Below, piece by piece: positions 51,824-63,500 of a stretch of 64,000 nucleotides of DNA. How positions within the stretch are numbered: the stretch's first letter is position 1; the number at the start of each line of letters is the position of its first letter. This stretch comes from Chiloscyllium plagiosum. Lineage: Eukaryota. Made by a program: the position numbers and the translations under genes. The notes under the pieces are model-generated. The model made no database searches and was not told the DNA's origin. It worked only from the letters and a program-made list of their open reading frames with translations. The stretch is from assembly GCF_004010195.1 (NCBI RefSeq), contig NC_057752.1:4468590-4532589 (forward strand). The letters are read 5' to 3'.

Positions 51824-52025
51824 ATTTGGAGATGCCGGTGTTGGACTGGGGTGTACAAAGTTAAAAATCGTACAACACCAGGTTATAGTCCAACAGGTTT
51901 AATTGGAAGTACACTAGCTTTCGGAGTAACTCTTCTTCATCAGGTGAAGGAGCGTCGCTCCGAAAGCTAGTGTGCTTCCAATTAAGCCTGTTGGACTATA
52001 ACCTGGTGTTGTGTGATTTTTAACT
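51824..52025. mobile_element. PLE mini-element family B, fold-back
   Basis: Perfect 12-bp TSD tttcaggctttg at 51812-51823 and 52026-52037. The arms meet within the hammerhead region at about 51945. Confidence 0.88.
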
Positions 52026-52858
52026 TTTCAGGCTTTGTGCCTGGTGTATATTTGCAACTTGTGATCTGAGATAGCACAGGTCACAGTTCATTGTACACCC
52101 TATTTGCAAAGAGATACTGGAAGAGTGAGTCAACAGAGTTGACTCCACAAGCTGACACCTTCATTCCCCGCTTGCCTGGATGGGTGTGGCTCAAACAACA
52201 CTCACAAAGCTTGATACCATCCAGGACAAAGCAGCCCCAGTTTTTTGGCACCCAATCCATCATCACTGACACACAGTGGCAGGAGTAAATACCAAGATGT
52301 ATTGCAGTAACTCGCTGAGGCACCTTTGGCAGCACCTTCCAAATCTGTGACCTCTACCACCTAGAGGGACAAGGGCAGCAGGTACATAGGAACACCACCC
52401 CCTACAAATTCCCCTCTAAACCAAACACCATCCTGACTTGGAAATACATTAGCCATTCCTTCCATTAGCCAGGTTCAAAATCCTGGAATTCCCTTCCTAA
52501 CAGCACTGTGGTTTTACCCGCACCACATATGGACTGCAGTGGTTTATGAAGGCAGCTCACCACCATTTTCTTAAAGGCAGGTAGTGATGGGCAACAAATT
52601 CTGGCCCAGCCAGGGACACACATATCCAATGGAATAACATATAGAAATGATCTGGCTGAACCATCAGGAATAGAGTCAGTAAAGCATTAGACCCTTTCAA
52701 ACTGATCAGACTTAGCTACAGTATGGAGTGCTGAGATCTCAGTGGATTATGGTGGTGGAGATTACAGAGATAGGAAGGGGACAAAGCCATGAAGGGATTT
52801 GGAGGTGGAGAATTTAAAAACTTCGGTGTTACTGGACCAAGTGTCAATATATATTGGA

Positions 52859-53143
52859 GGGGCAGCATGGTGGCTCAGTGGTTAGCACTGCTGCCTTGGG
52901 ACCCAGGTTCGATTCCAGCCTCGGGTAACTGTCTGTGTGGACTTTGCACGTTCTCCTGTGTCTGTGTGGGTTTCCTCTGGGTGCTCCTGTTTCCTCCCAC
53001 AGTCTAAAGATATGCAGGTTAGGAAGATTGGCCATGCTAAATTGCCCGTAGTGTCCAGGGATGTGCAGTATAGGTGGATTAACCATGGGAAATGCAGAGT
53101 TACAGGGATGGTGTGGATCTGGTGGGATGCTCTTTTGAAAGTC
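52859..53143 (+). mobile_element. HE1-type V-SINE
   Basis: tRNA head and V-domain. Confidence 0.88.
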
Positions 53144-54321
53144 ACGGAAGGGTAGAGATAAGAGGCCATAAAATGGTGCAAAGACCAAGTGATGTGAGGC
53201 AACATCTTTAAGGTGATCTCACAGTGTCTGCCATACATTTGGTGCTTCACTCACGAACAAACTGCTGCACACCCTGCAGCATAACTAGGGCATTCAGTTT
53301 TGAGGATAAGTAGTAATTTAATGCGAGTAAAGTGACTAAGAATTGAAAAGTATTCATTTACAACCTGATAGCAATTAGATGGGGGATTATTGGATGTCAA
53401 TCAAATATGGTTTGAACCTGACAATCACATTCCTCAGGTGACATTCCGTGGTTTAAAAGATGTCTGAAGCTGATTGTTCCACAGGAATTTTGACCAACAG
53501 TTGTAATCAATCCTGTTTGTAACCAGATACTTATATAACTTAGAGAAAAAAAAGGTTGAAGAACATAGCATGACTCCTCTTGATGTTCCACATATTTCTC
53601 ATTCTTTTAAACTGAAGCCTCACTAGTTTAATAGTGCTATCACCTTGACTGCTGTGCAGAGATGAGGTCAAAGAACCTTTCTTTATCTATTTTGCTGTTA
53701 GCGCTGAAAGACCTGTAATATTTTCCGTCATTGGTAGCCCCAACCCCGCACCCCTGATGCTCTGAAGGAGGTGACTTCTGCTGGGTTCAGGTTCACAGAT
53801 ACTAAAAGCATCCTGATACCTAAATCACTTGCATGGTCATTCCTCATATCTGATCTCAGACAATGTTAACAGGCACCACAGACAAGCCCAATCTTCTCCT
53901 CACCCAGTAGCTACATGTATGCACTTTCCAGCAGAGCACAGTGAATTTGTTCGGAGAAAAACTAATTGATTTAAAATTTCTCATACCTTGTTTTCAAATC
54001 TTCCATGGCCCTTTCTTTCACTATTTATGCAACCTTTTGCAGTTCTACATTCTCTGTATTTCTCCAATTCTGACCTCGAAAGCATCCACAATTTTAATCG
54101 CTCCACCACTAGTGTCTGTGCTGCTGCCTTTAAACTCTGGAATACCCTCCCTAAACTTCTGCCTTTTATTTTCTCCTTTAAGTCCTTCCTTAAAACTTAT
54201 CTCAGTGACAATTCTTTTTGGTCATCTGTCCTAATATCTCCATATATATCAAACGTAATACTCCCATGAAGCAACTTGGGACTTTTATATAGTGTCCTTA
54301 ACTTATTAAAATGCTGGTTAT

Positions 54322-54908
54322 AGAATCATAGAGATATACAGCTTTGATCCAACTCATCCATGCTGAGCAGAGATCCCAAATAAATCGAGTTCCATTTGCC
54401 AGCACTTGGCCCATATCCCTCTAAACCCTTCCTATTCATATACCCATGCAGATGCCTTTTAAATGCTTTAATTGTACCAGCCTCCACCACATCCTCTGGG
54501 AGTTCATTCCATACATGCACTACCCTCTGCGTGAAAAAAATGCCCCTTAGGTCCCTTTTAAATCTTTCCCCTCTCATCTTAACCCTATGCCCTCCAGTTT
54601 TGCACTCCCACACCCGTGGGAAAAGACCTTGTCGATTCCTGCTGAAGGGCTTTTGCCTGAAACGTCGATTCTTCTGCTCCTCAGCTGCTACCCGAGCTGC
54701 TGTCCGTTTCCAGCACCACACTCTTGAGTCTGATCGCCAGCATCTGCAATCCTCACTTTCTCCACCTTGTCTATTTACCCTATCCATGCCCCTCATGATT
54801 TCATAAACCTCTATAAGGTCACCCCTCAGCCTTCGACGCTCCAGGGAAAACAGTTCCAGCCTATTCAGCCTCTCCCTATAGCTCAAACCCTGGCAACATC
54901 CTTGTAAA
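54322..54908 (-). mobile_element. CR1/HER1 3' fragment interrupted by a family A mini-element (about 54636-54763)
   Basis: CR1 peptide is broken by the insert. Repeat accttgtc[g/t]att at 54626-54637 and 54764-54775. Confidence 0.9.
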
Positions 54909-56000
54909 CTAGTTGTTAATTTTCTCCTCTCATGGGCAATGTATAGCTAATGAAGTGAACAGACCACTCTTTCTCTATCTTCTATGATTCTTTGGGGCAT
55001 TTTTTCTTATAGCTTTAAGTGTGAAAAGCTAATTTATATACAACACTTCCAGAAATTCTAGTGCTATTCACTTTAGTACCTTGGCCACAGTCTTTTAGAA
55101 GGATAGCATGGATGAGGGTATTCAGTTCTGTGTAAAGTTCTGATGAACTTTCACTGGCCCAAAAGGTTCATATTCAATCTCTCTCCACAGATCGTGCCTG
55201 ACCTGCTGAGTGTTTCTAGCATTTTCTTACTTCGAACATCTGGAGCATTTTGCTCTTGGTCAAAGTAGAATATTAATTGTGTGGTTCATTATTTCGCTTC
55301 CAGCATGCAGGTTTCCACTTCTAATGACCTGGTCTTTTTCTGAAAATAGTGTTTTTTGTGACCAGCATATAAATTGAAAACAATGGCGAAAGAGCCTGAT
55401 TTGTAACATGTTTGTGACGAAGGCCAGAATATTTCGTGATTCCATACATCTTATTGTGTTGTTTAATAATCGCAGTAGAATGCCCTGGTGAAAGGTTAGA
55501 GTGGTTGGAGAGTTTAAGAACACATATTCAAAAAAATCAAAGTTTCAGCATTTAAGATGATTCACCTGTTAATACATGTTGGACAATGCATTTGTAAACA
55601 TCATTGTTCGTAATGCTATTTTATGGAAGTGCTATTACAGGTATTTGTTTGCGGCCATATAATTTATGCTGGTACACTACTTCATTTGTAATTCCTTTGG
55701 GGCAGTAGGGTGGGGACCAGGGAAAGCACCCCACCGAGACCACAGTTCTCAATCGGACGAATTCAAACGCAAGAGCTTCCATTGCTTCAGCAACCAATAC
55801 CTTCATTCAGATGCCTCCAACTGTTTGATTGATGCCTCATTCATTTTCTTGTTCATCCCGGTGAACTTATGTGCCCATGATTTTGGGAGCCTTTGCCAAA
55901 CCTGAGATAACCAATGAGCATTGACCTACACCTTGGGAGTTGCCAAGCTATAGCTTGCATGTGGCTCTTTTACACAAAAGATAGGGCTGTCAAAACTAAA

Positions 56001-56217
56001 TAGGTTCTTCTGCTGTAGCGCGTTTTGTTAACGCGAATTCGCTATAATGCGATTGACGAATCGGGGCCACTGTTTCTAAAGCGCAAACTTTTTAAACATG
56101 TGTTGGCTGTAACGCAATTGCATCGCCAACACTTTAAGTGCTGATTCTAAAGGGCAATTTTTCTGTAATGCGGGGTTTCTGCAAGAATGCAGCCATTGCG
56201 TTGTAGAAGAACTACCA
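56001..56217. mobile_element. Tigger/MER6-like non-autonomous DNA element
   Basis: Imperfect inverted ends (GTTCTTCTGCTGTAGCGC ... GCGTTGTAGAAGAACTACC) and internal TAACGCG-type motifs. Confidence 0.5.
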
Positions 56218-56544
56218 CTATGGGTGCAACTCATCCTCAATCTCAACCACTGCAAAATGCCCTCCTCACAATTTACATAGGTACTAAGCAGGAAAGGTAT
56301 ATTAACACATTCTATTCAGGGAAATAGTGAGAGCTGCAGTAAGTTTTTATTGCAGCTGTTGAAATGTATTCCTGTGACATGACCACTGCAGTCAGTTATG
56401 GTACAGCACCGCCAGTCTGAACAGCCACAATAATTTTGATAATTAATTCCTGTGGGAATCACGGTCGTGAGTGGTAGGAGACGATTAAATAACTATGGAA
56501 AGATGGTGGTTTATTGGTAATGTTACTGGACTACTATTCCAGAA

Positions 56545-56707
56545 GAGAGAAAGTGAGGGCTGCAGATGCTGGAGATCAGAGCTGAAAATGTGTTGCTGGA
56601 AAAGCGCATGAGCCCTTCCTGAAGAAGGGCTCATGCCCGAAACGTTGATTCTCCTGTTCCTTGGATGCTGCCTGACCTGCTGCGCTTTTCCAGCAACACA
56701 TTTTCAG
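56545..56707. mobile_element. PLE mini-element family A inserted in a SINE
   Basis: TSD cta[c/g]tattccagaa at 56531-56544 and 56708-56721. Core CTGAAGAAGGGCTCATGCCCGAAACGTT. Confidence 0.87.
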
Positions 56708-57633
56708 CTAGTATTCCAGAAACTGAGACTCGTGTTTTAGGGACATGGGTTTGAATTCCACCATAGCAGATAGAGAAATTTGAATTCAGGTAAAAATCTG
56801 CAATTAAGCACTGGACTAACGGAGACCGTCTAACCACTCTCGATTGTCATAAAAGCCGTATGGTTCACTAATCTTCTTTAGGGAAGGAAATCTGCCATCC
56901 TTACCTGTTCTGGCCTACAGCCCCACCCAATGTGGTTGAAGCCTGAAAGTACTGTACAGCCAATGAAGTACTTTTAAAATGTAGTCATTGTTGTATTGTA
57001 GAATACACAGCAGTCAATTTGCACACAGTACAATCCCACAAACAGCAATGGGATAATGGCCAGATAATCTCATCTTGTGATTTGTATGAGCAAGTAATAT
57101 TCGCAAGGACACCAGAAAGAACACCCTTGCTTTTCTTCCCAATTGTATCAGGAAATCTTTTACTTTCGTTTGAGAGGGGAGACAGAACCTTGGGTTTAAC
57201 ATCTTACACAAAGCAAAATGCAACATGCCCTGAATACTGCATTAGATTGTTAACCGAGAAGTTTGTACTCAGGACTCTGGAATGGGACTTGAACCATAAA
57301 ATCAGGGGGCCATTGCTGTTGGTGGGAACTCACTGTGAGCAACTTGGTTGCTGTATTTCCGAAATGACAACAGTGACTACATTTCAAATGCACTTCACTG
57401 ATTGTAGAACATTTTGAGGGAGTCTTGTGGTTGTGCCTCTCAGAGGAGAACTGCCCTCTCTCTGCCTTGGTGGCTTCATTTTAACCTGAACAAGTATTAA
57501 CCTCAGAACAACAGCATCTTTAAATAACCTATAATAACTGCACTTTCCTACACTGGCTGGCAACAGATAAAGCGGGAGGAAATTAAAAGACCTTTGAATT
57601 TTTCAAGTGAAATTAAAAGACCTTTGAATTTTC

Positions 57634-57941
57634 GCACGGTGGCTCAGTGGTTAGCACTGCTGCCTCACATCGCCAGAGACCCGGGTTCAATTCCAGCCTC
57701 GGGTGACTGACTGTGTGGAGTTTGCACATTCTCCCCGTGTCTGCGTGGGTTTCTTCTGGGTGCTCCGGTTTCCTCCCACAGTCCAAAGATGTGCAGGTCA
57801 GGTAAATTGGACATGCTAAATTCCCTGCAGTGTTAGGTGGATTAGTCAGGTGTAAATATGGAGGGGGGGTTCTCTTTGGAGGGTTGGTGTGGACTGGTTG
57901 GGTCGAAGGGCCTGTTTCCACACTGCAGGGAATCTAATCTA
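57634..57941 (+). mobile_element. HE1-type V-SINE
   Basis: Head GCACGGTGGCTCAGTGGTTAGCACTG, V-domain, and tail ...CCACACTGCAGGGAATCTAATCT. Confidence 0.92.
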
Positions 57942-58243
57942 AATTCGCTTTTACAATTACCATTCATCTGGTTAAAAAGAAGCAAACCTCGATCATCCCA
58001 TTCTAATCCCTTTGCAATCAAATCAATCTCAAATGTTGGGAAGCCTTGCTTTAGAGATTTAAGGTTTTCAAAATAAAACTGTCAGTTTTGATTCAACTTT
58101 ACACATCAAGGGAATGATCATTTACAGTCTTTAATCCAGCTCAGCCATTCAACGCAGATTGTCAGGAGTAAATGCTCCAGGTATACACTTACAATTTTAC
58201 AATGGTTGCATTGTCTTCACCAAGGGTACGGACATCAGCAATA

Positions 58244-58425
58244 GGTGAAAGTGAGGACTGCAGATGCTGGAGATCTGACAGCAGGTCAGGCAGCATCCCA
58301 GGAGCAGGAGAATCGACGTTTCGGGCATAAGCCCTTCATCAGGAATGGCTTATGCCTGAAACGTCGATTCTCCTGCTCCTGGGATGCTGCCTGACCAGCT
58401 GTGCTTTTCCAGAACCACACTCTCG
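58244..58425. mobile_element. PLE mini-element family A, fold-back, with an intact hammerhead core on the minus strand at 58315-58342
   Basis: CTGATGA-AGGGCTTATGCCC-GAAA-CGTC. Degenerate 16-bp TSD at 58228-58243 and 58426-58441. Confidence 0.85.
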
Positions 58426-59431
58426 ACGTACATTAACAATACCCTATTTTTCTTTGGGGCTTGGTGCTAAAGTCCACTTCCACTCAAGCAAAGCCATCCC
58501 TGCTTGGTGGAGCCTCCTTCTGCCTTCTGCAGCAGGGCATGGGAGGGGAAAATGGGTCAGTAACACAGGCATCTGAGAATTTGTGTCCTCCCATCCTGCC
58601 ATTTACGTGTAGTCAGACCTAGCTTGGTTGATGATAAGAAGGACGCTCCCTGTTAAATCCTTCCTGTCCATCTGATTGCCTCTCTATGTTGCCCTCAAGG
58701 TGGCTGCAGTGGAAGTGACCATTGCCCACTTTCGCTGGACTATGCCTTTGCAAAGAAGGTCTGGGAAGAAAGAGATGCGGGGGTTTTGTCAAGGTTCATC
58801 CTGAGCAACTCTGTAATGCATGGGCTGTTGTCAGTGACACACACTGAGACATGTAATTGGAGGGCCGTCCAGAGGGGCAGCAGGAGGGTGTACTGGGGGT
58901 TGTGGATTTGCACAAGGAGTGCAAATGCTAAAATAACCCCTCTGAGACCCTCTTGTTTGGGAATGGACAATGTCTTATCTGTAACGGTTCTCGTCATCCA
59001 TTAAGAGCAGGCTACACAAGCTCAACTGTGTGGAAAAGGGATACACTTGGATCTGTTTATAATTTCGCAAAACCTTTCTCAGCTTTATCAATCAGCATCT
59101 CTCCCTCTTCTGTCATGAGGATAGCTTGAGCAATTGTCACAGATACTTTCAGCTCTTTGTAAATCTAGTATCATGTAGAAACATTTATCCAATGCTCAGA
59201 ACAGGTGCTGAAAGAAACCTAACAGGACTGGAATCTGCACCTGTAGTTTCGGTGCCTTTTCTGTGATGCCAAAACAATGCAGTTGAATTGAGCTAACCTT
59301 GAAATGGGTGTGTCAGTGTTTAAGTTTAAGCTTCAAGCTCACTGAGCTCAGTTTTTGCAAACACAAAGTTTCCAGACTCCAATATTATCTCTAGTCAATC
59401 AATGAAATTGGTGGTGTAATGGACACTGATG

Positions 59432-59790
59432 AAGGTTATGAGGGGCAAGGATAGGGTGAATAACCAAGGTCTTTACCCCAGGTTAGGGGAGTCCAAAACC
59501 AGAGGACATAGGTTTAGGGTGAGAGGAGAAAGATTTAAAAGGGACCTAAGGGGCAATTTTTCCATGCAGAGGGTGGTGCGTGTATGAAATGAGCTGCCAG
59601 AGGAAGTGGTGGAGGCTGGTACAATTACAACATTTAAAAGGCATCTGGATGGGTACATGAATAGGAAGGGTTTAGAGGGATATGGACCAAATGCTGGCAA
59701 CTGGGACGAGATTAGGTTGGGATATCTGGTCGGCATGGACAAGTTGGACCGAAGGGTCTGTGTCAGTGCTATACATCCCTAGACTCTATA
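59432..59790 (+). mobile_element. CR1/HER1 LINE 3' fragment
   Basis: Same 3' sequence as the other HER1-like copies. Confidence 0.9.
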
Positions 59791-60544
59791 AATCCAGCTG
59801 ACCGTTTTCAGTCATTTAGTTTGGCCCTTTTATTGTGCAGCAAATGGAGTACTTTGCCATTCTTGGCACTCAAGAGTACAGCACTTTGTCCATGGGTGCC
59901 CAGAATGATAAGGAATAACGTTTTCTTGCTGAGTGAGATCCTGGAGTTGGTGAGCTCATTGCCAATGATCGTTATCACTGTGCTGCCTGCCCACGGGCAC
60001 ATAGTTTGCCAACCTCAATTAATGTTGAACCATGAAAGAAAACAAGGAGAGAAGCCCATTGTCCCATTTGACCTGTTGAGTCCCACTTGCAAGAAGAGTG
60101 TGCTAACCCCATGAGTTTAGTAACTTAATGTAAGATAACATAGCATAATTCAAGACAAGGATCAAAGTTGAAAGAAATTGAAGAGCTGTGATCGAACACA
60201 TGGACAATAGTTTGGTTTCTTGGGCCCTTGACATCATCTGAAACTTCAGCCATGCCAACCCAGATCTCATCTCAGCAGGTATTTGAGTGTGTGGCAGCCT
60301 GCCCTCACTCTCATTTACCAACAGGAGCTTGAGACATTGAGGGATTAAACTTTGGCTGATCTTCCCAGCCATTGCCCAAAGTCAGAGGAGTTTAGGCCAA
60401 TTGCAGGACTACTGGTAAAGTTCCAATTGAGAGGACTAACACGATGCTGACTGGGAATAAAAGCGAGGATCTTTATGCTCAGTTACGTGTTAGGAGTGAT
60501 ATCTCATTTATGCAGTTGTACTCTTCACTATCTTGGAATATCAG

Positions 60545-61752
60545 AGTTAAAAATCACACAACACCAGGTTATAGTCCAACAGGTTTATTTGGAAGCACTA
60601 GCTTTCGGAGCGCTGCTCCTTCATCAGGTGATTGTGGAGAATAAGATTGTAAGACACAGAATTTATAGCAAAAGTTTACAGTGTGATGTAACTGAAATTA
60701 TATATTGAAAAAGACCTGGATTGTTTGTTAAGTCTCTCATCTGTTAGAATGACCATGTTGGTTTCAGTTCTTTCATATGGAAATCGCAAAACCTTTTTTA
60801 AAGTTACATTCTCAAGTGAACTTTAACAAGGATGTCCTGAGGCATGGCATGGTGTCATGTCGGCCCAGATAAGGTATTGAAGGTGTTAAATCCCTGTGAG
60901 GCTGTCTGCGCCGCAATGGTCAGACTGATTCTAATCTAAAAAACGGATTTACAGAATTTTACATGGATTCATGTAGTTTTTGAGCAAAGTAAAATGTAAT
61001 TCTGCAAGTACAAATTCATCCCACAAACTTATATGTGTATGTGTGCATGTGGGGGAGGGGGTGGTTATGAGTGTATGTGTGTGAGTGTAAAGGGGTTTAA
61101 GTCTGTGAGAGTGTGTGGTGCTGTGGGGTCACCCGTAGTGTGACATGAACCCAAGGTCCCGGTTAAGGTCATTCCCATGGGAACCGAACTTGGCTATCAG
61201 CCTCTGCTTGGCCACTTTGCGTTGTTGCCTGTCCCGAAGTCCACCTTGGAGGACGGTCACCCAAAGGTCCGAGGTCGAATGTCCCAGGCCGCTGAAGTGT
61301 TCTCCGATTGGGAGGGAACACTCCTGTCTGTTGACTGTTGTGCGGTGTCCATTCATTTGTTGCCGTAGCCTCTGTTTGGTCTCACCAATGTGCCATGCCT
61401 CAGGACATCCTTGCCTGCACCGTATGAGATAGATAACATTGGCTAAGTCACATGAGCACCTGCCACATACATGGTGGGAGGTGTCCCCACATGTAATGGC
61501 GGTATCCTTGTCGACATTCTGACATGTCTTGCAGCGCCTACCGTGATAGGGTTGTATGGAGTTGTCCTGAGAGCCGGGCAGTTTGCTACAAACAATGATC
61601 TGTTTGAGGTTTGGTGGCTGTTTAAAGGCGAGAGGTGGAGGTGTGGGGAAGGTCTTGGCGAGGTGCTCATCCTCATTGGTAATGTGTTGCAGGCTGCGAA
61701 GAACATGGGCGTAGTTTGTCAGCTTCTGGGAAGTACTGGACAATGAAATCAT
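60545..61752 (-). mobile_element. Penelope-like element (family B parent): GIY-YIG ORF remnant plus pseudo-LTR with hammerhead
   Basis: ORF 61129-61752 reads CKTC...NVIYLIRCRQGCPEAWHIGETKQRLRQQMNGH...LNRD. Hammerhead TCAC-CTGATGA-AGGAGCAGCGCTCC-GAAA-GCTA-GTG at 60631-60596. 12-bp TSD ttggaatatcag at 60533-60544 and 61753-61764. Confidence 0.92.
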
Positions 61753-61849
61753 TTGGAATATCAGCTGTAGGTTATTTGGTCATACTCTTGCCTCTCAACT
61801 TGAGCTCTGCTTCTAGTGTTATGTCTTATTCCAGAGCTTGCACACTAAT

Positions 61850-62180
61850 ATTGAAGCCAGCACTACAATGCGACACTGTCAGAGCTGTCAATGCTTAGAA
61901 GTGGCATTAAATCGAGACCCCCACCCCCCTACCCTCCCAGATAGATGTAAAAGATCCATGGCACTATCTTGGAGAAAAACAGGAGAGTTTTTCTTGGTGT
62001 CCTTGCCAATGTTTATCCCTTGATCATCAAATAAAAATGTTAATGCTCACGTTGCTGTTTGTGGGAGCTTGCTGTGCACAATTTAGCTGTTGTTATTATA
62101 GATTATAACAGATTACATTTCAAAACCTCGTCAATGTCTGAATTTTGAGCACTGAAAAATGTGATAGAAGTGCAAGGCTT
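61850..62180 (+). mobile_element. Deu-domain SINE (SacSINE1/AmnSINE1-like); related copies near 23150-23370 and 57000-57300 (-)
   Basis: GATCCATGGCACTAT...GTGTCCTTGCCAATGTTTATCCCT...TTGCTGTTTGTGGGAGCTTGCTGTGCACAA core, recognised from memory. Confidence 0.55.
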
Positions 62181-62986
62181 TTTCAAAAAAGAGGAAGAAA
62201 TTCAGCTTGGTGCAAAACTAGCATTGTATGTGATTTTATGGGTTTTCCTGTTTTACAAGTCAGTTTAAAATTGCTCCCATGTTGATTAGGACTCAGGCAC
62301 ATAATTGCTGGTTTTCCAAAGTCTGAGCATGCCAGTACTGGTTCACCTGAATTCACAAAATCATCCCTTCTCAATGTCTTTAACGAGTGAATCATGAAAG
62401 GAGTGGTCAGTAATGGCAGTTTACACATTCCAATTAAGTAAAGTGTACAGAAAGCAATATCTTTAAACTGTACACCATGACCACTACAGTCATGAGCAAA
62501 ACTAGGGTTGGGTACAAAGGCAGGTGTGGGAATACAGACTGCAGCCCTCAGTTTAGTGGGCGCGAACTGAAACTGGAATTGGCACAGGCTCTTTTTTTTA
62601 TTACAGCACCTTTCTCCAGCCTCAAGCAAATTACTATTCTTGTCATGACTGATTCTTTTCAAATAAACGGTTGAAAGTCTGTAACTATGAGCCTGAGATT
62701 ACCTAGCAACAGCTAATAAAGAATCTCCAGGTGTGTGGGAAGCGGGTGGGGTGGAATATGCAACCTTTCTGAAGGGAGTGGCAAATGATTGCTTTGGAGA
62801 TTAGAACGATCAGACATTTCAGATTGTTCTTTAAACTGATTACTCATGTTTCTTTTAAACTGGGCCAGAAAAAAAAGCCTCACTCATTTATGTTGACTAT
62901 CAGCAATGTTTCTTCAATACAATAGTGAGTTTTCCCAGAGCTTGTTTCTCTCTGAAAATAATGCTAATTGGCCCTAGTTGCAGAAA

Positions 62987-63500
62987 GAATTGAATTGAAT
63001 TGAATTTATTGTCACGTGTACCGAGGCACAGTGAAAGGCTTTGTCTTGTGAGCAATACAGGCAGATCACAGAGTTAAGTAGCGTAGATAAGTAAATAATA
63101 GGTAAACAGCAGCAAAAACAAAAACACAGGTACAGGCAAATGTTAAGAGTTTCTGAGTCCATTCAGTATTCTAACAACAGTAGGGTAGAAACTGTTTCGA
63201 AACCGGCTGGTGCGTGTGTTCAGGCTTCTGTACCTTCTCCCTGATGGTAGAGGTTGTAGAAAAACATTGCCAGGGTGGGATGGATCTTTGAGAATGCTGG
63301 TGGCCTTTCCTTGACAGCGGGCCTGGTAAATGGATTCTATCGATGGGAGATTGGCCTTTGTGATTTGTCCCGGCCGAGTTCACCACACTCTATAACCGTC
63401 TCCGATCTTGAATGGTTGCCATACCAGGTGGTGATACATCCAGACAGAATGCTCTCGATGGCGCACCTATAAAAGTTGGCAAAGGTATTCGCCGTCATGA
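62987..63500 (-). mobile_element. Rex1/Babar-type LINE 3' fragment with (AATTC)n tail
   Basis: Minus strand IESILSGCITTWYGN, ending ACGTGACAATAAATTCAATTCAATTC. Confidence 0.8.

Noticed and set aside
54326..54886. 186-aa ORF that looks like a novel chimeric protein
   Set aside because: A CR1 C-terminus with a PLE mini-element inserted in frame by chance.
62183..62662. 159-aa minus-strand ORF
   Set aside because: Non-ATG start, no recognisable domain and no convincing splice sites. Probably a chance ORF.
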